Shown: positions 9,293 through 18,392 of the stretch, piece by piece | Layout: each line of letters begins with the position of its first letter | How positions within the stretch are numbered: position 1 is the first letter of the stretch | Assembly (NCBI GenBank): GCA_945859975.1 | Contig: CAMAPH010000016.1 | Location: 1 to 58,086 of the forward strand | DNA from: Chthonomonas calidirosea | GTDB taxonomy: Bacteria > Armatimonadota > Fimbriimonadia > Fimbriimonadales > Fimbriimonadaceae | Direction: 5' to 3' | Length of the DNA: 58,086 bases | Program-made: the position numbers and the translations under genes | The notes under the pieces: generated by a model | Databases searched by the model: none | Seen by the model: the letters and a program-made list of their open reading frames with translations, nothing else | Told to the model about the DNA's origin: nothing

Positions 9293-10128
9293 ACCGTCCA
9301 TCCTAGCTTGCTGAGTCCCTCAGCGGGTTCCTCAACTGAGCAAGAACCAAAAGAAGCGAACAGCGCGCGCGCATCCTCGATCGCGTCGCGAGAGACATCC
9401 CAGTCGCGGAACAGGAATTGTTGCTCTTCAAATCGCCACTCACTCGGCTCTTCCGACTCGAGCACCACTTTGATCTCGGAAACCGAAAGATCGTGCTGAA
9501 TCGCCGCTGCGGTGGCGCCCAAGACGTTCACGAAGCCCAGCATTCCATGTCCACTCAGCGGCTCATGCAATCCGGCGGTGAGCTTGAACGGTAGCTCCAG
9601 CGCAACACACTCCCAAATGAAGGTCGCTACGATTTCAGTGGCGGGTGGAGTCGGCCCGGTTCGCAACTTAGCGCCGAAAGCATCAGCATCGGCGAGGGCG
9701 TCTAGAATCATCGGAAACGGCCGATCTGGGTTCAGCTCCACCAGCACCTCGTCGGCCGCACTAAATCCGCGTAACTGGCCAAGGACTTCATCCACGTCAT
9801 CGGTATCGGGCAGTTCGCATTCGTACGATCCAACCTTGCCGCCGGCTTGGAGAAAAGCATTCAGGTCACGAGCGTCTTCAAATCGATCGTTCTCCCACTC
9901 GCCGCCACGGCGACCGATGACGGCCACGGGCTCGTCGGTGAGGGTCAATACGGCCGAGTGAGAAAGCGCGGTGATCGGTGCCGAGAACCGATGCAACATC
10001 CAGCGCAGATCCGAGGATTGCAACGCTCGGTATTCGCCCACTGCCTCTTCTGCTCGTAACTTGGCTGGCGGAAACATTCCGCTGTAATCGATGCCTCTCC
10101 GCAACAGGTCTCGCAAGGATGCTTTCAT
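9289..10128 (-). CDS. Conserved hypothetical protein, translationally coupled to fahA
   Basis: IDYSGMFPPA, AKLRTG, PFKLTAGLHEPL, GFVNVL, SFGSCSVEEP motifs; its stop overlaps the fahA start. Confidence 0.7.
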   Translation of the reverse strand: MKASLRDLLRRGIDYSGMFPPAKLRAEEAVGEYRALQSSDLRWMLHRFSAPITALSHSAVLTLTDEPVAVIGRRGGEWENDRFEDARDLNAFLQAGGKVGSYECELPDTDDVDEVLGQLRGFSAADEVLVELNPDRPFPMILDALADADAFGAKLRTGPTPPATEIVATFIWECVALELPFKLTAGLHEPLSGHGMLGFVNVLGATAAAIQHDLSVSEIKVVLESEEPSEWRFEEQQFLFRDWDVSRDAIEDARALFASFGSCSVEEPAEGLSKLGWTV

Positions 10129-10209
10129 ATCATAGGTCCACAACTTTTGAAAGGTATACTCCCTCTTTCAGACCGTTGGCGTTACGGCGTCGTAGCCCTC
10201 AGGGAAAAT

Positions 10210-10785
10210 ATGGCAACGATGAGAGTTTTGATTGCGGACGACGATCCGATTATTCGTTTGGATCTTCGTCAGATGCTGGAAAGCCTCGGCTATGAAGTCG
10301 TGGCAGAAGGTGGCGACGGAAAGCAGGCAGTAGACCTCGCCCGCGAAACCCAGCCCGATGTTTGCATCCTCGACGTGAAGATGCCCGTTATGGACGGAAT
10401 TGAAGCCGTGAGCATCATCACGGAAGAGAACATCGCTCCGACGATTCTTCTGACCGCTTACTCCGACAAGGAACTGGTTGACCGTGCTAAAGATGCAGGC
10501 GTGTTCGCCTACCTCGTCAAGCCATTCAAGCCAAGCGATTTGCCGCCAAGCATTGAAGTTGCGCGAAGCCGGTTTGAGCAGAACCAGCAGCTCAATGGCG
10601 AAGTTTCGAACCTTCAGGAAAAGCTTGAGGCTCGAAAGCTGATCGACCGAGCCAAGGGCATTTTGATGGACGAGTACAAGGTCGGAGAGTCCGAAGCCTA
10701 TCGTCGCATCCAGATGCAGAGCATGAACCTTCGCAAGTCGATGCGAGAAGTTGCCGAGGCCATCATCCTCGCAAAATCGATCTGA
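10210..10785 (+). CDS. Response regulator with REC and ANTAR domains (PdtaR/EutV-like RNA-binding regulator)
   Basis: LIADDD, ILDVKMPVMDG, LLTAYS, YLVKPF; C-terminal LEARKLIDRAKGILM...ESEAYRRIQ..SMN.RKSMREVAEAII. Confidence 0.93.
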   Translation: MATMRVLIADDDPIIRLDLRQMLESLGYEVVAEGGDGKQAVDLARETQPDVCILDVKMPVMDGIEAVSIITEENIAPTILLTAYSDKELVDRAKDAGVFAYLVKPFKPSDLPPSIEVARSRFEQNQQLNGEVSNLQEKLEARKLIDRAKGILMDEYKVGESEAYRRIQMQSMNLRKSMREVAEAIILAKSI

Positions 10786-10807
10786 CCGTTCCGGTCAAAA
10801 TGACGTC

Positions 10808-11308
10808 ATGAACGACGTCTTGTGGGCTCCGTGGCGCTTAACCTACATCGAGAAGCCTGCTCAGTCGTCGGGAACCGGCGACATCTTCGTGGATCTTCCG
10901 GCCGAAAATGACGACCGGAAGAACTCCATTCTTTTTCGCGGCACGACGGCGTTCGTAATGCTCAACGCCTACCCGTACACGAACGGGCATCTCTTAATCG
11001 CCCCGTATCGGCAAGTCGCCGATATTGATCTTCTCGACGACGCCGAACTGCTTGAGATTAATCAGCTGATCGCACACGGCGTACGCTGGCTCCGCAAGGC
11101 ATACAACCCAGATGGGTTCAACCTTGGCGTCAACATGGGCAAGGCGGCCGGGGCAGGGATACCGGTCCACATCCATTGGCATATCGTGCCTCGCTGGAAC
11201 GGCGACACGAACTTCATGACCGCCGTCGGCGAAGTGCGCGTGATGCCGCAGTCGCTTGAAGCCAGCTACGACCGTCTTCGCGGAGTGATTGATGGAATCT
11301 CTCGCTGA
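10808..11308 (+). CDS. HIT-family protein (Ap4A hydrolase/phosphorylase-like)
   Basis: LWAPWR, LNAYPYTNGHLLIAPYR, GFNLGVNMGKAAGAGI, HIHWHIVPRW. Confidence 0.9.
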   Translation: MNDVLWAPWRLTYIEKPAQSSGTGDIFVDLPAENDDRKNSILFRGTTAFVMLNAYPYTNGHLLIAPYRQVADIDLLDDAELLEINQLIAHGVRWLRKAYNPDGFNLGVNMGKAAGAGIPVHIHWHIVPRWNGDTNFMTAVGEVRVMPQSLEASYDRLRGVIDGISR

Positions 11309-11891
11309 GCTTCGGTCCCGGGCATTAGTCTGCACCGCTTGTCCGCTTTCCGAGCGGCGAACCAACGTCGTTTTTGGTGAAGGCGATCCTAAGTCGCCCT
11401 TGGTGCTCGTGGGAGAAGGACCCGGCGAGAACGAGGATAAGCAGGGAAGGCCCTTCATTGGCCGCGCAGGGCAGTTGTTGGACCGAGCCCTTGTCGATGC
11501 TGGCTTGACGCGAGAAATGGTCTACATCACGAACACGGTCAAGTGCCGAGCTGCCGATTGGAGCACCGGCAAGCCAGTCAACCGTGCGCCAACCGAGGCC
11601 GAAGCGACCGCTTGCCGCGAATGGCTCGTGCCACAGCTCGCAATCATGGCGCCGAAGGTCATTCTCTGCATTGGCGCACCAAGCGCGAAGAACTTAATCA
11701 AGAAAAACTTCCAGATCACAAAGGAGCGCGGTAAGTACTTCCCCTGCGAATTCGCCAAGACCGCCATCGCAACCCTTCACCCGGCTTACATCCTGCGTCA
11801 GGCGAACATCAGTGGCGACGGCGGATACAGCCTGCTCGTGGCCGATATCGCCCGCGCTTGGGAAGCCGCTAATCGCCTGGTCCAGATGTAG
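11292..11891 (+). CDS. Uracil-DNA glycosylase family 4 (Fe-S)
   Basis: CxxC, VFGEG, GEGPG, GRPFIGRAG, YITNTVKCR, NRAP..E...C, HPAY. Confidence 0.92.
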   Translation: MESLAELRSRALVCTACPLSERRTNVVFGEGDPKSPLVLVGEGPGENEDKQGRPFIGRAGQLLDRALVDAGLTREMVYITNTVKCRAADWSTGKPVNRAPTEAEATACREWLVPQLAIMAPKVILCIGAPSAKNLIKKNFQITKERGKYFPCEFAKTAIATLHPAYILRQANISGDGGYSLLVADIARAWEAANRLVQM

Positions 11892-11947
11892 CAGGCCGGA
11901 TTCCCAATCCTGAAACGTTGTGTGATGGTTTTGGCATACTGTTTTGC

Positions 11948-14248
11948 ATGCTCGGTGCCATCACCCCGTTAATGCTCGCCTCCGCCGTCGCGGATCGCCG
12001 GCCACCCCGAACCTTTGATCTTCTCCACGTCAAGTGGGAGATCAGCATCAACAAGAACCGGCCCGGGCAGATTGTCGGGAAAGTCACGAATCGCTTACAA
12101 CTCATGCCTGGTCAGCGATCGGTAAGTTTTGATTGTCAGCGGCTCTCCGTGCAAAACGTTTTGGTAGATGGCAAGCCAAAGTCGTTTTCGCTACAGAACA
12201 ACCGCCTGAACATCCCAAACGCGGGCAAAAGCCTGCGGCCGATCAACGTAACGATCACCTACGTCGGCACGCCAGAAGCCGGAGTCTATTACGTGCCCGC
12301 CGAGCGCGCCTACCCAGCGAAAACCCCGGTGTATTACACCCAGGGAGAAATGGAGGACACCCGAAATTGGCTTCCTACCTACGACTATCCAGATGACAAG
12401 GCAACCAGCGAAGGCACATTGATCCTGCCGAAAGGCTGGAGCGGATTGAGCAATGGAAAGTTGGTCAAAAAGGTCGTCGGGAAAGCGACTGACACCTTTA
12501 GCTGGAAAATGGATCAGGCGCACTCGACCTACCTGATTAGTTTCGTCGCCGGACCGTATTCTGAGATATTCGAACAACGGTCGCCACTCCCGGTGAGCTA
12601 CTGGGTTCCAACCGGACTTGAGGCTCAGGGCAAGGTCGCGTTTCAGGGAACGGCTCGCAACGTTGCCGTCTACGAAAAGTTGACCGGCTTCAAGTATCCG
12701 TACGCAAAGTACAGCCAGTCCGCCGTTCCCGACTTCATGTTCGGTGGAATGGAGAACATCACGGCGACGACTCAGACCATCAGCACGCTCCATCCCCAGC
12801 ACGTTCACCCCCTCGAAGATTCGACCGGGTTGGTCGCACACGAACTGGCGCACCAGTGGTTTGGCGACACCGTCACGACGCCAAACTGGTCGCACATCTG
12901 GATCAATGAAGGCTGGGCCAGCTTCATGCCCGCTTTCTACACCCGCGAAATTGAGGGCCAGGATGCGTTCGACCTCCAGCGGGTCGACATCTTCTCGGGC
13001 GGCCTTGGGGCGCACGCGGGCGGCAATCGCCCAATGGTCTGGTTTGGCTACAAAGACCCCATCGAAATGTTCGACGGCTTTGCCTATCCCGGCGGAGCAT
13101 CGCGCATGTTCATGCTGATGCGAATGGTCGGCGAGCCCGCATTCTGGGACGCCACCAAGAAGTACCTGAACGCCTACAAGTACAAAAACGTCGACACGGA
13201 GCAGTTCTTCACGTTCTATTCCAAAACGCTCGGCACCAATCTCGACTGGTTCCGGAAGCAGTGGTTCTACGAGAATGCCGCGCCGAAGCTGACGGTGAAG
13301 CGAGACGGCAAGAAGTGGACGATTGAACAATCCGGCACCAACTTCCGTATTCCAACCGAGGTTCTGCTCATCAACGGAGAGCAGATTGGTATCGAGAAAG
13401 TCACGCTGACCGGTACGAAGACGGAAGTCAGTTTCCCGGCCGAACTGGTTCAGCTCGACCCGGCGGCTTGGCAGATGGCGGATATTCGCTATGAAGCTAA
13501 TCTGACCCCAGCCGAGTGGATGAAGATGTACCGTTTCGCCAGAAACGCAGGACAGCGTGCTCGACTGGCACCGGTTGCTTTCCCCACGATGTCCGAACCG
13601 CAGAAGGTCGAATTGGCCAAGCTGAGCATCAGCAACTCACTCCGAAGCCGATTGATCCCGCTCATTTCGGATGAGGCGTATCTTTCGAGCCTGCTTACAA
13701 GTGCAAGCCCGTTTGAGCGCCGCGTGGCAGTGAACCGACTCGGAGAGCTGAAGCCCAGCGAAGCAACTCAGGGCAAGATTCGCGAGCTGATGCAGTCGGA
13801 TAAGAACGATTTGATTCGGCTTGATTCCCTTCGGGCGCTGGTCCGCGTAACCGGCGACAAGAGCCTTGTCGAAGATGCCTGGGTCACCGATTCCCATCAA
13901 GACGAGTTCCGAAAGTTTGCGATGAATCACTTTGCCGATACCGACAAAGATCGAGCACGGGGCATCAGCCTCAGCCAACTGAAGACGCCACGAAACGAAG
14001 CGCTCCGAGTTCAAGCGATCGAAATTCTTGGCCGAATCAAAGATGAGCCGGGCCAGACCGAAGCCTATGACGCCCTCGTAAAGGTCACCAAGGAGAAGTC
14101 CTTCGGTGCCCGGGCGGCGGCGATCAATGCGCTTGCCGAATACGGCGACAAAAAAGCGATTCCAGTACTGGAACCGCTTTTAAGTCATCCACTGTCGTTC
14201 ATCAGGAACAACGTTCAGGGAGCCGTGGCAAGGCTCAAAGGCCGCTAG
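11948..14248 (+). CDS. Secreted M1-family aminopeptidase with C-terminal HEAT repeats
   Basis: GGMEN, HELAHQWFGD, WINEG zinc motif (HEXXH-X18-E); helical repeat C-terminus. Confidence 0.9.
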   Translation: MLGAITPLMLASAVADRRPPRTFDLLHVKWEISINKNRPGQIVGKVTNRLQLMPGQRSVSFDCQRLSVQNVLVDGKPKSFSLQNNRLNIPNAGKSLRPINVTITYVGTPEAGVYYVPAERAYPAKTPVYYTQGEMEDTRNWLPTYDYPDDKATSEGTLILPKGWSGLSNGKLVKKVVGKATDTFSWKMDQAHSTYLISFVAGPYSEIFEQRSPLPVSYWVPTGLEAQGKVAFQGTARNVAVYEKLTGFKYPYAKYSQSAVPDFMFGGMENITATTQTISTLHPQHVHPLEDSTGLVAHELAHQWFGDTVTTPNWSHIWINEGWASFMPAFYTREIEGQDAFDLQRVDIFSGGLGAHAGGNRPMVWFGYKDPIEMFDGFAYPGGASRMFMLMRMVGEPAFWDATKKYLNAYKYKNVDTEQFFTFYSKTLGTNLDWFRKQWFYENAAPKLTVKRDGKKWTIEQSGTNFRIPTEVLLINGEQIGIEKVTLTGTKTEVSFPAELVQLDPAAWQMADIRYEANLTPAEWMKMYRFARNAGQRARLAPVAFPTMSEPQKVELAKLSISNSLRSRLIPLISDEAYLSSLLTSASPFERRVAVNRLGELKPSEATQGKIRELMQSDKNDLIRLDSLRALVRVTGDKSLVEDAWVTDSHQDEFRKFAMNHFADTDKDRARGISLSQLKTPRNEALRVQAIEILGRIKDEPGQTEAYDALVKVTKEKSFGARAAAINALAEYGDKKAIPVLEPLLSHPLSFIRNNVQGAVARLKGR

Positions 14249-14858
14249 CGCGGGCTTTCTTGTCCAAGTCGAGAAGAATGTCGTAGGCCAGTGGATCAAG
14301 GAAAATGACGCGGATAAAGAACTTCATCTTGTCCGCGTCTGACTTTCCAGCAAGATCGGCGGACGGATCCAATTCTTTCCAATCAATGCTGGTCATCACT
14401 TTCTTCTGACCGGCATCGAAGCACTCGTCGATCGTCTTGTAGAGCATTTCCGAAAGTTCGCCGCGAGCCATGATTCGGCGAATGCCGAGGGCTCGTACGA
14501 GCAGGATGCACTTTTTGACAAGGTCTTTCTTGGGAAAAACGCCGTTTTCGCGGGCCTTCTTCAGCGACTCATTAACTTCCGCTTCGAGCGCCAGGAGTTG
14601 CTTGTCTTCGTCTTCCAGAACCTTGCGTTGTTCGGACTTGATCTTCGCGTAAACCGGAAGGATCTTGTCGAACTGGTCTTTTCGGATGATCAGCGGCATC
14701 AATTGCATCAGCAGGTCGATCCGGCGCATGTTCTCCTGAACCTTCTGGCTACGCGCCGCAACTTCAGGGTCTTGGAGTTTGGGGGAGGTTCCGGCCGATG
14801 CCGAAGCACCGATCACGAACATCGCAGCGATGGTGATTGCAACACGTGAAAAGCTCAT
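14235..14858 (-). CDS. Hypothetical secreted helical protein
   Basis: Signal peptide MSFSRVAITIAAMFVIGASASA; ATGA overlap with the upstream gene. Confidence 0.65.
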   Translation of the reverse strand: MSFSRVAITIAAMFVIGASASAGTSPKLQDPEVAARSQKVQENMRRIDLLMQLMPLIIRKDQFDKILPVYAKIKSEQRKVLEDEDKQLLALEAEVNESLKKARENGVFPKKDLVKKCILLVRALGIRRIMARGELSEMLYKTIDECFDAGQKKVMTSIDWKELDPSADLAGKSDADKMKFFIRVIFLDPLAYDILLDLDKKARASGL

Positions 14859-15223
14859 TTCAAATTCTCGTTCTGGTTGGACGATTGTATGGCATCGCCG
14901 GTTTGTCTTGCATCCATAGCAAGGGAAACGGCGACGCTCATCGCTGCGGTTTGGAGCCAAACGAACACCGAGCCCGATAGCGCGAGCAGCAGCCACGCCC
15001 AAGGAGCAAGCCCGGTCGGGGCGAGACCATTGAACGCCGCGATGCAAGCGATTCCGCCTCCAAGAAGCAAGATTGCCACCGGGAAGAGAAGAATGAGCGC
15101 GGTAAGGCGCTGCTTTCGCGGTCGCTTTCGGAGCTCGTGAGGCGACAATAATGGCACCCGGCGCACGGACAAGCCAGCCGCAATCCAAATGACAAAAGCT
15201 AAGCCCGTTTGAATCCAGAACAC
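14855..15223 (-). CDS. Hypothetical membrane protein (3 TM)
   Basis: Three hydrophobic segments; CATAAT 8 nt upstream of GTG; coupled to the downstream gene. Confidence 0.65.
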   Translation of the reverse strand: MFWIQTGLAFVIWIAAGLSVRRVPLLSPHELRKRPRKQRLTALILLFPVAILLLGGGIACIAAFNGLAPTGLAPWAWLLLALSGSVFVWLQTAAMSVAVSLAMDARQTGDAIQSSNQNENLK

Positions 15224-15245
15224 GAATCGGTATTATGCGTCCACT

Positions 15246-16175
15246 TTGATCCTTGTTTTTGGAACAATCTGCATCGACCGGCTGCGGCGGGTAGCGCGCC
15301 TTCCCGAACCCGGTGGGTATGTGGAAGTCGAGCAAGAGCAACTCATGCTCGGAGGCGAGGCCGCGAACACCGCGACGGCTCTTTTGCAATGGGGCGATGC
15401 TCCGGTTCTCACTGGGAATGCGATCGGTACCTCCCTGGAATCAGACGTCCTGTGGTCCGCGCTTCGGGCCAAGAACCTACCGGTCGAGAACCTGCGGGCG
15501 CTCCCGGAAGGGCGACAATCGGGCCCGATGCTCTCGCCAGTATGTGACGTGTACATCACGCCAGATGGACAGCGGACGATGTTTGGCACGGGCTTTGGCC
15601 GAATGGGGCCAGGGATTCCGGTTGCCGGGCTGCCTTACTCTGAAGGAGACTGGTTCACCGTCGAATCCAACATGTCTGGACCTTCCCGAGATGCCGTTCG
15701 CGCCGCTTCCGAAGCGGGAATGAAGGTTTATGTGATGGACTTCTTTCGAGAGGAAGAGCCGATCAAAGAACATATGTTCTGGCAAAGCAGCACCGACTGG
15801 GTTGGTGTGCGCGGTAACACCCAGCGAAATGTGCGGTGGGTGAAAGATTGGGTGGCAAAGTACGGCTGCTTTGCCATCTTAAGCGATGGCCCGAACGGCT
15901 TTGTCGCTGGATCGCCAAACCACCCGGTGCGGATGTATCCGCCGTTTCCCGCGCCGGACATGGTGGACAGCACGGGCGCGGGGGATATGTTCCGCGCAGG
16001 GATGCTACATGGCCTTTCACGCGGCTGGTCAATCCCGGATTGTTTACGGTTTGCCGCGTCGGCCGGATGCCTCAAGTGCGGCTACTTTGGTGCCACGTCG
16101 CATGTTCCGCCGATTGCGGACATCGAGAGCTTAATCGCAGAAAACCCGGATGTCGCCGCTCAGTACGAGCGATGA
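15246..16175 (+). CDS. PfkB/ribokinase-family carbohydrate kinase
   Basis: GGEAANTA and VDSTGAGDMFRAG signatures. Confidence 0.9.
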   Translation: MILVFGTICIDRLRRVARLPEPGGYVEVEQEQLMLGGEAANTATALLQWGDAPVLTGNAIGTSLESDVLWSALRAKNLPVENLRALPEGRQSGPMLSPVCDVYITPDGQRTMFGTGFGRMGPGIPVAGLPYSEGDWFTVESNMSGPSRDAVRAASEAGMKVYVMDFFREEEPIKEHMFWQSSTDWVGVRGNTQRNVRWVKDWVAKYGCFAILSDGPNGFVAGSPNHPVRMYPPFPAPDMVDSTGAGDMFRAGMLHGLSRGWSIPDCLRFAASAGCLKCGYFGATSHVPPIADIESLIAENPDVAAQYER

Positions 16176-16199
16176 CAGCCGGGTTTTCGAGTTGCGTAG

Positions 16200-17612
16200 T
16201 TAGCGGACTTGGCAGAAGACGGCGATGATGACGTCACCGTCCAGACGTCCCTTAACCTTGACCACCGCACCAGGTGCAGCGATGAGTTCGAGGAAGCTAG
16301 CCGCGGAAATCATGTCACCGGACTTGTTCTTGAACTGAGATTCGGCAGCGTTGACGCTGACGACCTTGCCAAGCGCTCCAGGGAATCCTTCCCACTCGGA
16401 GAGAGTGATCTTGAATTTCTTTTCCACAACGTTGATGTCCGAAACGGCACCCTTGCCTTCGACCTCGTTTCCAGGACCGCCGTCATCTTCACCTTCAAAG
16501 TGAACGGACTTAGCGGTGAGCGTGTTCGTCTCGGCGTTGTAGAGGCCCTCAGCTTCCACCGGTGCTGCTGGTTTGGCCAAGGCAAACCATTCAGCTTTAG
16601 TCGCGGTGAGTCCGCGTCGGAGGCGGAACCGGGTCGTGTCGGAGGTCTGAATTTTCACCGTGCTGGCTGCAGGGATGAAACCGCGGACCAACTTGGCTTC
16701 AACCACGAAAGTTCCAGCCGTCGCATTGATCTCAGACATCGGTCCGAATACCTTTGGTTCTTCGGCTCGAGCATCTTCGATCTTAATGCTCTTGGCTTCA
16801 ATTGTTCGCGTCGTGATGTTGAACGTGCCGCGAACTTCCGCTCTCTGGCCGTTCGCCAATACTGGGTTCACACCACCGTCTTCGCGGAAGATGACCGTGT
16901 TTGCCGTCGTGACAACGTTGATTGCCGCGCCTCGACCGCTGAGGGTGAAGGTTTGGGTTGGAATCGTTCCGGCAAGGGCGCCGACGGTGCCCTTGTAGTC
17001 CTCATCTCGATGGCGATCGTCGTTGCCAAGATTTGGATCTTCAACGCGCTTCGCAACTGGAGTGACGTGGGTTGCCGTCTCGGTCCAGTTTTCAAGATCG
17101 AAGTCAACAATGACGTTGGTCGTGCTGTTGACTTCTGCCTCGATTGAGACCGGGATGTGCGTTTTGCCGTCTGGCCCGTCAAACGAGGTAGCGAACTGCT
17201 TCGTTACACCAACGCCCGCAATGTTGACCAAGGAGACGGAATGGTCGACGATGACGTCGGCTCGCTTGTATCGGCCAATCGGAATGTTGCCCTGTGCGAG
17301 GAAGGAGAATCGCCGAGTGCCCGCTTGGTTAAGCGCGCGAAGGTCAGTCACGGTGCCAGCCGCATCTTCGAACACGGTGACGGCGGTGCCGTCCGGTCGA
17401 ACAAGGCGAATACCGTGGACCTTGACCCAAACTTGAGCGTAGTCGTTAACTGCATCGGTGGCAAACATAGCAACAGGAACGGTTCCAGCGGTTGAACCCG
17501 TAGAACCGCCACCACCACCACATCCAGCCAACAACGCTGTTGTGAGGATCGCGGCACCTGCCACGAACGAGTGGAAGCCAATCAGCTTCTTAGTGAAGCA
17601 ATGAAATCTCAT
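16200..17612 (-). CDS. Lipoprotein with a DUF4382-like domain and repeated DUF5666-like domains
   Basis: Lipobox LAGC followed by GGGGG; ATDA...VWVKV...VDFDL (DUF4382-like); three OB-like repeats (GTV..L..T..F ... VEVRG). Confidence 0.7.
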   Translation of the reverse strand: MRFHCFTKKLIGFHSFVAGAAILTTALLAGCGGGGGSTGSTAGTVPVAMFATDAVNDYAQVWVKVHGIRLVRPDGTAVTVFEDAAGTVTDLRALNQAGTRRFSFLAQGNIPIGRYKRADVIVDHSVSLVNIAGVGVTKQFATSFDGPDGKTHIPVSIEAEVNSTTNVIVDFDLENWTETATHVTPVAKRVEDPNLGNDDRHRDEDYKGTVGALAGTIPTQTFTLSGRGAAINVVTTANTVIFREDGGVNPVLANGQRAEVRGTFNITTRTIEAKSIKIEDARAEEPKVFGPMSEINATAGTFVVEAKLVRGFIPAASTVKIQTSDTTRFRLRRGLTATKAEWFALAKPAAPVEAEGLYNAETNTLTAKSVHFEGEDDGGPGNEVEGKGAVSDINVVEKKFKITLSEWEGFPGALGKVVSVNAAESQFKNKSGDMISAASFLELIAAPGAVVKVKGRLDGDVIIAVFCQVR

Positions 17613-17701
17613 CCCTTCTACGATATCGGACAGAAAGTTGGAGAACAAGATTGTTTCCAATGTATTGACCGATTTTCGCGCGATTCCCCCGATTAACTAG
17701 C

Positions 17702-17726
17702 AAAAATCTCACGATTTCGATCGTGA
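17702..17726 (-). terminator. Possible terminator of the PepSY gene
   Basis: Minus strand TCACGAT-CGAA-ATCGTGA followed by GATTTTTG. Confidence 0.4.
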
Positions 17727-17768
17727 TGGCGAATTATGGCGTCGGCAATTTGGCGAATTAAATGTCAG

Positions 17769-18329
17769 TTATTCCGCGTCGCGCCGGTTGGATTTCGGGT
17801 CGACTGCGCTGGCCTTTTCCTTGAGGAACTTGCGTTTTCGAAGAATTGGCGTGAAGAACATGCCGATGCCGCTAATTGCCAAAGTCAAGAGCCCGAGTGC
17901 GGTGATCGGAAGTCCATACTCGTGCATCAGGTCCGAAAAAATGCTGAAGTCATGAATGTCCTCGGCTAGTTGGTCGTTTCGGAAAGAAACGGTAAGTACC
18001 TTGCCCGTCTTGCCGTCAACCTGAACTTCTTGATACCCCTCTTTGCTTATGATCTTAAAAATGTTTGACTTCGGCCGGTAGTCGACCCGGTCAACATCCT
18101 TCATTGTGCGAAGCTCGGGGATGCCCTTGGCAAAGGCCGCTTCCACGGCGACTTGCACCGAGACGATCTCTGCTGGAGATTCCACCTTCTCGGCTTTCGC
18201 CTCGGCTGGCCGCATCCATTCAATCTTGCCCTTCGTGGCGAGCAAGAAACCGGTGGTCGCAAGGACAACCAGCAACAGGGAGGCAACGACGCCGACCCAC
18301 TTGTGGGATTGCCGGAGGATTCGGAACAC
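17769..18329 (-). CDS. PepSY-associated TM helix domain protein
   Basis: RQSHKWVG...TTGFLL, VQVDGKTGKVL, EDIHD, AISG.GMF. Confidence 0.8.
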   Translation of the reverse strand: MFRILRQSHKWVGVVASLLLVVLATTGFLLATKGKIEWMRPAEAKAEKVESPAEIVSVQVAVEAAFAKGIPELRTMKDVDRVDYRPKSNIFKIISKEGYQEVQVDGKTGKVLTVSFRNDQLAEDIHDFSIFSDLMHEYGLPITALGLLTLAISGIGMFFTPILRKRKFLKEKASAVDPKSNRRDAE

Positions 18330-18392
18330 GCCTTACAATACGTCAAACTTTCCTTGCCCCGCTCTATCGGCGTAGCGTAGTAAGAAATCAGC

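Noticed and set aside
10172..10200. Two small hairpins upstream of the ANTAR regulator gene as a possible autoregulatory ANTAR motif
   Set aside because: On the sense strand the loops lack the A1/G4 hexaloop pattern and the two stems overlap
14859..15389. N-terminal extension of the 384-aa ORF
   Set aside because: Overlaps two better-supported genes; a signal peptide and ATGA coupling indicate a start at 14858
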